Assembly (NCBI RefSeq): GCF_006345805.1
Contig: NW_021833487.1
Location: 1-28,784, forward strand
Direction: 5' to 3'
Length of the DNA: 28,784 nt
DNA from: Octopus sinensis
Lineage: Eukaryota
Shown here: positions 10,287-21,425 of the stretch, in pieces
Layout of the letters: each line of letters opens with the position of its first letter
Position numbering within the stretch: the stretch's first letter is position 1
The notes under the pieces: model-generated
What the model saw: the letters and a program-made list of their open reading frames with translations, nothing else
Databases searched by the model: none
Told to the model about the DNA's origin: nothing
Translations under genes and position numbers: made by a program

Positions 10287-11131
10287 ATATACATATACAC
10301 ACACACACTCTCACATATAAATGCATGTTCTCGTTTTTGTCAGGGTGTGGAGCAATGCCTGACTCAATACAGAGCCTCCTAGTGGTCTGGGAGGAAGGGA
10401 AGAAGGTATCCTCAAACTGGAAACCCGACTCGAAGTCTTGCTCACAGTGAACTTTCTTAAAAGTACCCAGGTTGTCGAATGGTGGTGTTCAACCGAGATA
10501 TATTAAGTCCACTACTCAAGTAAGCTACCACGTGATTTGAACTCAACGCAAAAACCGAAAAAAAAAATACCGCAAGGCATCTGATTCGATGTTCTTTTAC
10601 TATTCCGTTAATCCACATCCCTGGATGAGTACGCTTTTTAACGTCCAATCCCCACCGAAAAGATGAAGGGCAAAGTGTTGGCCTTGGCGTGTTTTGAAAC
10701 CAGAACATAAAGAGAGAAATAAAATACCACATGGCACATTGGTAAGTGAAGCGTTGTAGAGTAAACAGACGAGAGGTTAATACATTTGCAGACAGGATGG
10801 GACTGGATGGCAGTCTATTTCCCGTAATATTCTAAGAAAATCTTGCCCCTGTTTCTAACAATAATATGAATTAAGGCATAATGATTTTAGCCTATTGCCC
10901 GAATCTCCATGACTTTGGGAAAAGCACTTGGAACAGGATACAAAATAGTGATAGTTTATACCGATTGAAAGACCTAAGGTAAAGTAAAAAGAATAATAAT
11001 AGTCAATAATAAAATAAATACAATAAAGAAATATTCCTAGTGATGGAAAGGACACTTACCTAGGTCCAGTCAATGAATTGCTACAAACCTTGCATTAAGA
11101 GCAACTTTTCTCAAGAACTATTATTCATTTT

Positions 11132-11965
11132 CCTAGAAATGCATGTTCAAGGGCGGCCATTTATACTGGTGGGCTGAACCATCTTCTCCCTTCTTATCTT
11201 TTTCTTCAAGTGGAATTTGAAAAAATCGATGTGAAACTTCCGAAGTTCAGAATTTCTTTGAGAACGTTGTGGCTCTTCCTAATCCCATCCTCTATAGAAT
11301 AAAAAAATAAATAAATGCGCCCTTTTAAAGCCTAGCCAGGCTCACGGGCCCGGTTTCCCGGTTTCTATGGCGTATGTGTTCCCCAGCTGGACGGGACGCT
11401 AGTCCATCGCAGAGTTAATCATTTTTGCCAGCTGAGTGGACTGGAGCAACGTGAAATCAAGTGTTTTGCTCAAGAACACAACGCGTCGCCTGGTCCAGGA
11501 TTCGAAATCACAATCGTACCATCATGATGCTGACACCATAACCACTAAGCCACGCACCTCCACCCTCTATAAAATACTAAAAGGGAAATTTTATCTACTA
11601 TATTTCCTGACAGGTACTGGATTGTGAACGTCTGACAACATTCCAGAAGACAGAAGCCAGGCACTCGGATTTGGTCTTCGATAGACTTAGGACTGCAGCA
11701 CCATCAAAAGACGAGCTGTGAAATCAAGTGCCTGACGAATGCCGACTGCACCAAATTATCATCTAGGAATCTCTGTAGATGCCGAAGTCTCATTTCAGTT
11801 TTGCATATTATCACCCACGGTACACTGAGCCCACCGCGGAGAGGATGGTAGCAGTGGGATGGACAGTCTAACTAAAGGAACTCGTCCTTCTTGCAGGAAG
11901 TGAAATAGTAATCGCTTGAATCTGGTCTGACAGAAAATGGTGCAATGCACGACGGTCAGGGTGGG
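11132..11965 (-). mobile_element. Decayed Tx1/L1-like LINE ORF2 C-terminal part, interrupted by a SINE-A
   Basis: Pieced across frameshifts: LTVVHC..RFKRLLFHFLQEGRVPLVRLSI..HPLRGGLSVPW..RLRHLQRFLD..LECCQTF..FYRG [SINE] ..FFKFHLKKKIRRE..LNMHF*. The 'FLWxG..P...GGL..P' motif is typical of L1/Tx1 ORF2. Confidence 0.75.
11302..11561 (-). mobile_element. tRNA-derived SINE family A with target-site duplication
   Basis: Near-identical to 85-346. Flanked by ATCCTCTATAGAATA (11287-11301) and ACCCTCTATAAAATA (11562-11576), 13/15 identical. Confidence 0.92.
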
Positions 11966-12130
11966 CCAAAAGTCACGCACAAAATAAGTTCAATGTGTTG
12001 CGGAATTACCAAAGACATGCTTCAATTTTTCTAAAATTGAATAAAATAAATAATATAATGACGAACACACTCGAACTTGCATATTATGTGCAAAATGAAT
12101 AATAACAATAATAATAATAATAATGTAATA

Positions 12131-12543
12131 CTCTTTATTCTTTTACTTGTTTCAGTCATTTGACTGCGGCCATGCTGGAGCACCGCCTTTAGTCGAGCAA
12201 ATCGACCCCGGGACTTATTCTTTGTAAGCCCAGTACTTATTCTATCGGTCTCCTTTGCCGAACCGCTAAGTGACGGGGAAGTAAACACACCAGCATCGGT
12301 TGTCAAGCAATGCTAGAGGGACAAACACAGACAAACACACACACACACACACACACATACACATATATACATATATATACATATATACGACAGGCTTCTT
12401 TCAGTTTCCGTCTACCAAATCCACTCACAAGGCATTGGCCGGCCCGGGGCTATAGCAGAAGACACTTGCCCAAGAAGCCACGCAGTGGGACTGAACATGT
12501 GGTTGGTTAGCAAGCTACTTACCACACAGCCACTCCTGCGCCT
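12131..12543 (-). mobile_element. tRNA-derived SINE family B (near full-length, internal microsatellite)
   Basis: Minus strand: AGGCGCAGGAGTGGCTGTGTGG (A box), TTGGGCAAGTGTCTT, an internal (TA)/(TG)n, GATAGAATAAGTAC, and the tail GGCCGCAGTCAAATGACTGAAACAAGTAAAAGA. Homologous to 26962-27369. Confidence 0.92.
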
Positions 12544-12599
12544 ATGTAGATAAAATGTCAAATGTTTTGATGAGCGACTTTTAGCCCATCCTGTATATA

Positions 12600-12682
12600 T
12601 CCCAAGACGATGTACGCGTTTGCCACTTCTGCTCAGCCTATTTCTTGGCGAAACTGGATATCTTGTTTGTAGCCTTGTCTCA
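12600..12682 (-). mobile_element. Tx1/L1-like ORF2 remnant; probable upstream part of the 11132-11965 copy
   Basis: Reads NKISSFAKK*A..AEVANAYIV; homologous to 7500-7573. Confidence 0.6.
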
Positions 12683-12683
12683 G

Positions 12684-12758
12684 TTCCTACACACGTAGAA
12701 TTCTACACACGTAGAGTTCTACACGCGTAGAGTTCTACACACGTAGAGTTCTACACAC
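12684..12758. repeat. 16-bp minisatellite (TTCTACACACGTAGAG) x ~4.5
   Basis: Directly visible tandem units, each with a TCTAC/GTAGA hairpin. Confidence 0.92.
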
Positions 12759-12944
12759 TACACACATAGACACCTATTGTTCACGTTATAGTTTAAAATC
12801 CTGATATCAAGAGGATGAAATCTAATAAAAAAGAGATATGCAACCTTTATATGATGGACATTGATTGTGCATTAAAAAAATGGCTGGATGGAAGCAGTTA
12901 GATAAATGATGCTAGTGACAGAGACAAGGGAGAGAAAGAAAGAG

Positions 12945-12948
12945 ATAA

Positions 12949-13042
<94 letters not shown>
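12945..13042. repeat. (GATA)n-(GA)n compound microsatellite
   Basis: Directly visible. Confidence 0.95.
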
Positions 13043-13047
<5 letters not shown>

Positions 13048-13121
13048 GAAGAATGGGGTTCTGATTTCAAGTCCCGCAGGTTTTGGTTAATCCACATCAC
13101 TCCGTAGGAAGCATAGGGCCA

Positions 13122-13326
13122 GTGCATGGCTTAGTAGCTAGGGTGTTGAAGTCATGACTGTAAGATTGTGGTTTCAATTTCTGGACCGGGCGACGCGTTG
13201 TGTTCTTGAAAAAAAGCAAAAAAACAAAAAACAAAAAAAACCTTCATTTCACGTTGCTCTAGTTCACTCAGCTGGTAAAAATGCGCAACCCTACGACGGA
13301 CCGGCGTCCCATCCAGATGGGGAATA
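13122..13326 (+). mobile_element. SINE family A, 3'-truncated
   Basis: TGGCTTAGTAG..TAAGATTGTGGTTTCAATTTCTGGACCGGGCGACGCGTTGTGTTCTTGA..CTTCATTTCACGTTGCTC..CACTCAGCTGG..GACCGGCGTCCCATCCAGATGGGGAA. Confidence 0.85.
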
Positions 13327-13974
13327 AGGGCTAACTTTACGTTTCATAATTACGTGGCCAAAAAAAGAAATATATATATATAAAAAAAAAAACAAGCAGC
13401 AATTAAGTTCTGGAGTTGGGTTCATTCAGAATTAATCAAATATATTCTATCAGATCGTTTAACCTGCTAGAAATAACAGGCAATCCTTCGGCAAATCTCT
13501 CTTCGAGTGGAAAAAAACAGAAAGTTGCACTTTTTGACGTAGTACTGATTGCGTTATGTCTGGATAAAAGACAGGATGGTCATGGAAAGCAGGAATTATT
13601 TTGACCATGTGTCTGCTCGGTCAGGGTTGATTTAAGAGGAAAGAGTAACAGCAGCCAACAACAACAACAGCCACATTAATGAGAACAACAAAAACAATAT
13701 TAAGAAAAATTGCGCAGTATGTTATTACCGTTTACAAGTGGCAACAAATGAACAAATGTAAAATGCACCGGCGCACCAGTGCAGTGCACCAATGCACTAA
13801 TTAATGTACCCGATATACCTATACCCTTGAAGGTCTCTTATCAGCGTTGTCTGAGTTTCTTTTGGAAATTTAATCTAAATGAACGTGTGATAAGGACGAA
13901 ATAGATAGACATAGCTAATGTATACATCACGAGCACCACTGCACCACCGCCCCCAGCTTCAGTAAAACGGGTTC

Positions 13975-14113
13975 CGTCGCCACCATCACTCTCCCCCCCA
14001 TCACATCACCAACACCATCACCACCATCAACATCACCACCATCAACATCACCATCATCACTACCATCACAAGACCAACACTATCACCACCATGACTACCA
14101 TCAACCCACCCTT

Positions 14114-14147
<34 letters not shown>

Positions 14148-15118
14148 ACACCATCACCATCGCCACCACCATCACCACCACCATCACCAACACCACCATC
14201 ATCACCATCATCACCACCATCGCCACCATCACCACCATCACCAACAACAACACCATCACCACCATCACCTCCACCACTATCATCATCACCAACACCATAG
14301 TCACCACGATCGCCACCACCACCACCACCACCACCATTATCACCTTCAGCAACATTGGAACCATCATCACCACCACCTAGAAAACCACCACCTTTACTAC
14401 CGTCACCACCTACACCACTGCCACACCACCCTCGCCACCACCACTACTACCAACACTACCAATCTCATCAACACCACTGCTCCCAGTACAACTACCATTA
14501 CCAACATCACCTTCGATGACGCCATCACCACCACACTCACCCTAGACCTACCACTGCTCCATTTGTTACGAATACTACTAACCATCACCTTTATTACTAC
14601 CACCACTATCAACACCATCCCTACAACCATCACCACAAACGGCACCACTACCACTACCACGACCACCACAACCACACCAAGCACCGGCTTCCAACCACCA
14701 CCGCCGCTACCACTACCACCACTACTAATGCCACAAACACCACTGCCATTACCGCCACAACCACTACAACCAGTACAACCACAATCACTGCTATCACCAT
14801 CAGCACCACCACCACCTGTAAGTAAACACCACCGACAACCATCACAATCACAACTACCACCACAATCACCGCCATCACAACCACCACAACCACCACAACC
14901 ACCACTACAACCACTACCACAACCACTACAACCAGTACAACCACAATCACTGCTATCACCATCAGCACCACCACCATCACCACCATCACCACCATCACCA
15001 CCACCATCACCACCACCATCACCACAACAACACCATCACCACCATCACCACAACAACACCATCACCACCATCACCAACACCACCATCATCACCACCACCG
15101 ACACCACAACTACCGCCG
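13975..15118. repeat. Degenerate (CAC/CAT/CAA)n low-complexity tract with an internal ~60-bp duplication
   Basis: Triplet-periodic tract. CCACAACCACTACAACCAGTACAACCACAATCACTGCTATCACCATCAGCACCACCACC occurs at about 14755 and about 14917. Confidence 0.9.
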
Positions 15119-15473
15119 ACATTTCCACTGTCCCACAAATCTACAGTCAGCCCTCACCAATATTCAACAAACCGGTCGCGTGACCTTAATTATTTGATCC
15201 TAGAAATGAAATCAACTTTTCACGTGTAACACATAGATTAGGGAAAATTTCATTTTAATACGCACACGCACACACACTCACATATTCAAATATACATACA
15301 TATTTATCTATACACACAGACATATACGTATATTTGCATACATTTTTATATTCATATATATATATATGTTTACATACATACGTACATAAACAGATACATA
15401 CATATTTACACACATACATACATACATACATATATATATATATATACATATACATACATACATACATGCATAC

Positions 15474-15539
<66 letters not shown>

Positions 15540-15540
15540 G

Positions 15541-15627
<87 letters not shown>

Positions 15628-15645
15628 ATATATATATATATATAT

Positions 15646-15877
15646 AGTAGCTTCTTACCAACCACATGGTTCTGGGTTCAGTTCCATTGGGTGGCACCTT
15701 GGGCAAGTGTCTTCTACTATAGCCTCGGGCCGACCAAATCCTTGTGAGTGGATTTGGTAGACGTAAAAGGGACCGACAGAATCAGTACTAGGCATACAAA
15801 GAATAAGACCTGGGGTCAATTTGCTCGACTAAAGGCGGTGCTCCAGCATGGCCACGGGCAAATGACGGAAACATAAA

Positions 15878-15880
<3 letters not shown>
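15646..15880 (+). mobile_element. SINE family B with internal deletion
   Basis: TAGCTTCTTACCAACCACATGGTT..GGCACCTTGGGCAAGTGTCTTC..GGATTTGGTAGACG is joined directly to AAAAGGGACCGACAGAAT..GCTCCAGCATGGCC.. Confidence 0.88.
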
Positions 15881-15922
<42 letters not shown>

Positions 15923-15983
15923 ACACATACATATATATACACATATATATATACATATATACATACATACACACATATATGCA

Positions 15984-16023
<40 letters not shown>

Positions 16024-16273
16024 CGTGCGTGTATATGTATATAAATATATAATATATATGTAAATACAAACGTATGTATGTATATGTTTGCACGGGTGTT
16101 TGTTGTGAATAGATGTTTCATCAATTTAAATGACTATTACTTTTATCTTATCAATATTTTAAAAGTAGGTCAACAACCAGCATGTTTTGCAAGCGTTTAA
16201 TGTATTTTCGTCACCTATAATCCCTTGTATGTCGGCTACAATCTCAAATTTAATATAAGAACTTGTAATTTTC

Positions 16274-16303
16274 CAATCTGTCGACCTGAAGGTCGACAGA
16301 TTG
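16274..16303. repeat. Perfect hairpin, 14-bp arms
   Basis: CAATCTGTCGACCT-GA-AGGTCGACAGATTG. Confidence 0.9.
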
Positions 16304-17327
16304 TGATATTCTGTTATTCCGATTTATGTTTTTACTCTAAAATCCATCGCGAACATTAGCACACATCGCGCCGGATTATTCTTTACACTTTTACTCTTTT
16401 ACTTGTTTCAGTCATGTGGCCATACTGTGGCCATGCTGGAGGCCCAATTTACCATTGATTAGACGATTGTGTTGCTTTTTCTTTGGTTAACAGTGATAGT
16501 TAATATTACAATGACAAAAGTAGATGATTTGTGTTTGGGATCAATCATAACCTAAATAGGGCTTATTACAAGAAGCATCGATACTTAGTATGACACAGCT
16601 GTAGCATTGTTTCAATGTTTACATCTTTATTAATCACCACATATATACCAATAGGACTGGTATAATTCATTAGATCCAATATAAACTAAGTTTTGTAATT
16701 TCCATTCACGTGCTGAATAAGCCAGTGGTGTTGACAGTAAAAATATTAAAAAAAATAATAAACAATATAGCTTTAATGTTTGTTTTGCTGTAATTATAAT
16801 GAAAAAAATATGCCAGTAAGGGACGCCGTAATTTCTCACCAAATAATGAATGAAACTAACGCAGTAATGACACAAAATCATAGTTTATGATCTTTTGCGG
16901 AGGTGGTTAGATCATGGGATATTAAACGATAATGAATAACGTTAATGCCTGTGGTTAGTAAATTCCACTGTTATAGTGATTATGCCAAGAATAACGAAAT
17001 AAGGCTTCTTCTCAGTATCTGGTTCCGGGTCAGACACCACAAAGCGATAATTTTGGTCTGACTCCTTATAGCACTAAAGTCAGCGCTGATTTAACAATTA
17101 AGCAAATAGGTACCTGATTAGGGTATCAAGGGAAATATGGACCACAGAAATGATAAATAGTTTACGGCACAAAAGATATCACTTTAAACTTGCTAAAACA
17201 ATATTCGGGCTATCTTATCTCCAATGAGTATAGAAGCAGATGTTACGTAAGATTAATTTCGAGGATCTCATCAAAGACTGCAATTAAAAAAATTGGGGGA
17301 AAACTTTTCAGATATAAAGTGGAGATA

Positions 17328-18603
17328 CAGGTGTTTGACAAGATAATGGAAACACCTTAAAATTTCAAACAATTTTTTTAATATGGGGTAGGAACGCCTT
17401 TGGCAGTAATTACAGTTAGAATTCTACGAGGTATGCACTCATACAAAGTTTGAATTGTTTCCAAAGGAATTTTTGTCCATTCTTCAGCTAAAACAGTCTC
17501 CAGTTCTTATAGTGATGATGGTGGAGGATATCGACTCCTTACTTGGATTTCTAAAATGTACCATAAATGTTCAATAATATTGAGATCTGGGGACTGAGGT
17601 GGCCAGATAAGATGTTCAACTTCACTAGAATGTTCCTCGTGCCATTCAGTAACAACTTTAGCTGTGTGAATTAGTTCATTATGATCCTGAAAGATTGCAT
17701 TTCCCTCCTGAAACAGTTCCGCAACCATAGGATGAATTTGATCAGATAAAAAGCTTAAATAGTCTTGACTACTAATTCTGCCATTAAGGGAAACCATTGG
17801 GCCACTGTATTTCCAAGATATAGCCCCCCCCCCAGATCATCACAGTTCCTCCTCCATGTTTAACAGTTGGAAGAAAGCAGTCTTGCTCAAATGCTTCTTT
17901 TGGCTGTTTCCACACGTATACTCGGCCGGTGGTCGGAAATAAGGCAAAGAATGACTCGTCCGAGAAAATAACATTCTTCCACTGCTCTATGGACCAATTC
18001 TGTAGATTTTTACTCCACTCTAAACACTTTGCGACGTTTGTTTTTGAAAGTAGTGGTTTTCTGATTGCAGCCCGCTCGTGAAATCCGGCTTTGTGCAACT
18101 TTCGGCAAGCAGTTTTTGTAGAAACTGGATTCTCGAGGTGGTTATTAAGCTCTGCAGTAATTTTGGGAGCTGTACTTTTGTGATCCTTTCTAACAATTCG
18201 CATAAGAGTCTGACGGTCCCAATCTGAAAGTTTTGGTTTTCTTCTGGAGTTATGCTTCGACGAGGAGGTTTTCCATGTTTCTCAAAGGCTGTCATTACTT
18301 TCAAGACAGTACTTCTTGATACACCAAACATTTCGGCTGTTTTCGTGACGCTAGCACCTGCCATATAAGCACCAACAATTTGACCTCTTTGAAAGTCCGA
18401 TAGATCTGTCATTTTAACGAATTTTAATTACCCTTTTCTGATGATATCTGAAAAGCAACAGCAATTTTAGCAAAACATATTAAGCAACACTAATAATAAA
18501 TAAATAAAAACATAAAAGTAAACAAGCTTTTGACGGTTTTATTGATATTTAAAAATGATGATGCCATGATACTGGGTGTTTCCATTATTTTGTCCAACCC
18601 CTG
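17328..18603 (-). mobile_element. Full-length Tc1/mariner transposon (1276 bp), 29-bp TIRs, TA target duplication
   Basis: TA|CAGGTGTTTGACAAGATAATGGAAACACC ... GGTGTTTCCATTATTTTGTCCAACCCCTG|TA. The TIRs match at 26/29. Confidence 0.96.
17378..18412 (-). pseudogene. Tc1 transposase pseudogene (DD36E spacing)
   Basis: MTDLSDFQRGQIVGA..IFSDESFF..TVKHGGGTVMIWG..FQDHNELIH..WPPQSPDLNIIEHLW..PPPSSL*ELE..EWTKIP..KGVPTPY*. There are two frameshifts, one premature stop, and a D->H change at the second catalytic position. Confidence 0.93.
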
Positions 18604-19430
18604 TATATAAAAATAGACGTTATTTCATATCCTACTGTTAGTTTTGCTTCATTTTGAAAAATAAATTATCTTACGGCTTACTATTGTTTTCCTTCGGAAT
18701 TATACATGCGGGCACCAAAATCTTTTAAGGGCTTAGGGCTTCTATGGTGTCTTAATCTTGATTGAAGACATTATCGAGAAGACATGAAAGTGTTTCGAGT
18801 ACAGACATGAAAATAATTAGGCACAGGACGAATAACGAAATGTAAAATTTCCCTTTACGTGTGTAATCTCCCTTGTAGGCTGTGGAGAATTAAAAATCTT
18901 TTGCTCTGAATTATTATTTGTTCCCTACAAATTATTGGTACAACACTTTCTTATAGCAAATTTTTCCTGTTGAAAACCACCAGCAAACATGCGCTACACA
19001 TTTGTTGCCCTCACCACGAAAGGCGCATTTGAAATAAATATAATAAAATTTTAATGAGAAATGTAATAAGGACAATGTAACGGATTATCGACAAAGAACT
19101 CATTAGCTAGCTACTTCAACGAAAGCTGATAAACTATAATTCTGTACCATCATTCCTCGGTTATATCATCATTATTTGCTAGTAAGATAACGTTGTCAAT
19201 ACTTGGAAATTTGTTTATGGTGACAGCTAAGATTAAAATACTTTTGCTCTCGTCACCAGTTGCATAGTCCTCAGCACCGAAGGAAACTGTGTAACGTTCC
19301 AGGTGTACCTTAATCTTTAGCCTGTTCAAATCATTTTCATAAGCTTGTCTAAAACAATCATGCTTATTTTCAGACTTTTAATCAGCAATTGTTTCACAGC
19401 AATTGGTTCAGAGTAATACAGAAATTTTTC

Positions 19431-19732
19431 ATGAGTCCCAAAATATTCTGGTGGTTGAAAAAATTGGAAATGTGCGTCATATATGATAGGGAAAATGTCC
19501 TCTGTATCGCATGTGATACACAGAACAGACAAGAAGTTAATAAAGTCAGCTGCTTATAAACATGGCAGAATTTATCAGTATCAATTTTTTACGTACGGTG
19601 CGTCAGACTTTAGCTTTTTCGTTATCAAAGAATTACGTAATATAAAAATTCCGTTCTTTTCAAACAAATCCAGAAATAAGCGTTCTTAAATAGATAATTT
19701 CCAATTAGGCGAACTTATATTGAAATACTTTC
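19431..19732 (+). pseudogene. Possible decayed BED-finger / CGGBP1-like transposase N-terminus
   Basis: MSPKIFWWLKKLEMCVIYDRENVLCIACD, then in a shifted frame IKSAAYKH..SDFSFFVIKELRNIKIPFF..LILKYF. The resemblance is judged by eye only. Confidence 0.3.
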
Positions 19733-20076
19733 TGTAATTAAAATGCTTTCTTATTAAAGTCATTTTACCATTCTATCTTGTTAAAATCATTTTATCATTT
19801 TATGAATAAATGTAAATATAGAGAAAAAGTTTTAAAATATTTCCAGAAAATTCTTATCTTAAAACTTCAATTATGAATTCGAACTTGCTTTCCTGTAGTC
19901 ACCGACAGATTTTCTAAGAAAAAAGACCCGAACTTTTTTATAAACTGTTTTTCTCTTCATATATATATACATGCATACATACATAACTACACACATACAT
20001 ACATATATACATACATACATATGCATGCATGCTTACGTATATGCACATATGCATGTATATGTGTATAATATATATG

Positions 20077-20134
<58 letters not shown>

Positions 20135-20147
20135 CAACAACAACAAC

Positions 20148-20203
<56 letters not shown>

Positions 20204-20207
20204 TAAT
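20077..20207. repeat. (AAT)n/(AAC)n microsatellite
   Basis: Directly visible. Confidence 0.95.
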
Positions 20208-20439
20208 ATTAAATGAATAGTCTTATTTGACTTACTAATTTTAATAGCCAAAATAATAATTGATATAGTATCGTATAGTTTATGACTTGTATTCTTATTA
20301 CAACAATATAATTTTGTTAATTCTGAAAAATTTAATAAAATTTGTATATATACTATTTATAGTCATTTATTTAAAAAATAATATTAATTGAATTTATGGA
20401 GGATCGGTATTCAGTCCTTGTTTTCATTTATCTTACTAT

Positions 20440-21060
20440 ATTTTATTTACTGAGTTCTCCCTTCCATAATATACGAATATAGGGACATTTACTTGTTGGT
20501 TACTGTGAATAATCTTTATTTAAGTAATTTCAAATCTGGTTACTTTTGAAAAATTATTAAAATGTTGACATCCATTACTATAGCCTGACTCTATATCTAT
20601 GGGGTAATATAGGTTGTAGTTATTGTAGCTTTTAAGCTTATCTTCATATTTATTACGGAATCCTCCCTCCAATAAATTAAATAAATAAAGAAATTTTTTT
20701 GTTAGTTCCTTTAAACAATTTTTTTTATCTATCATTAACTTTAAATAAAGAGAAGAGTTGTTATATATGACCAATATAATAGTATGTTATCATTTATATT
20801 TATTTACACGTTTTATTACAGTCCCTAGATTAAGTAAGACCCTGATACTTAATTTATATACATATGTATTGTCGTATGTCATTATAACAGCCAAAGGTTG
20901 TCTTTGATCTAAACGAATTTGGATGAATATTCTTTGAGATATATAGAAATATATTTCGATAGTTGTAGATTCTATTTCCTTAATTATTTTGTCCGTTATT
21001 ATTTTGTTGTTGTTTTAATTGTAATTGTTATGTAGTTGAAAAGTTAACGCTCACGCTCAT
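20440..21060 (-). pseudogene. Decayed K/I/N-rich ORF, possibly a Penelope-like element N-terminus
   Basis: One frame runs from about 21000 to 20520 with only one TGA-TAA pair despite very high AT: ITDKIIKEIESTTIEIYFYISQRIFIQIRLD...KKFLYLFNLLEGG..HFNNFSK. A hammerhead-like motif is adjacent. Confidence 0.35.
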
Positions 21061-21131
21061 AATATATAAGCATTTGAATTAATTTTTTTTACAGTCCAGC
21101 ACTCCTTTCACACGGAATTCCGTCTGTCTAT

Positions 21132-21229
21132 AAACCAAATCTCTGATGAGACGTATATAAGTGTAGATGTATTGTTTATAAATCATATAATGCATATAAA
21201 TCGAAACAAATTGTTGGCTATTTTGGTTT
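21132..21229 (+). ncRNA. Decayed hammerhead ribozyme-like motif with long stem II
   Basis: AAACCAAA-tct-CTGATGA-GAcgTATAT...ATATAaaTC-GAAA-CAAATTG-TT-ggcta-TTTTGGTTT. Confidence 0.5.
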
Positions 21230-21425
21230 TCTAATGATTTTTTAATGTTATCTTATATTACATTATATTCATAGTATATTATGTTATATTATAACATAAA
21301 TACATTATGGGATTGTCAATTGAATCTCTCTATTTAATTTATTATTCTTATTTGCATTATACTCATATTTATGTGGTATTCAACTGATGTACCAGTGAAT
21401 TGGATGTTTTACACACTCCTTTGAA

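Larger units (their letters stand above)
17081..18764 (+). mobile_element. Non-autonomous hAT-like element interrupted by the Tc1 element
   Basis: 17224-17292 encodes MSIEADV/LRKINFEDLIKD..AIKK, a hAT transposase C-terminus motif. The ends are degenerate: CAGCGCTGATTTAA and ..AGGGCTTCTATGGTGTCTTAATCTTGATTG. No TSD was recovered. Confidence 0.55.

Noticed and set aside
12684-12758. CRISPR-like repeat (the TCTAC-N4-GTAGA hairpin recalls Cas12a repeats)
   Set aside because: There are no spacers and no cas genes, and the context is eukaryotic; it is a simple minisatellite.
14563-15183. 206-aa Pro/Thr/Gln-rich ORF
   Set aside because: It lies wholly within a degenerate (CAC)n tract that is open in several frames on both strands, with no domain or splice support.
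19326-19532. Minus-strand ORF as an integrase or hAT remnant
   Set aside because: It is the antisense register of the more motif-like + strand frame, and its similarity is too weak.
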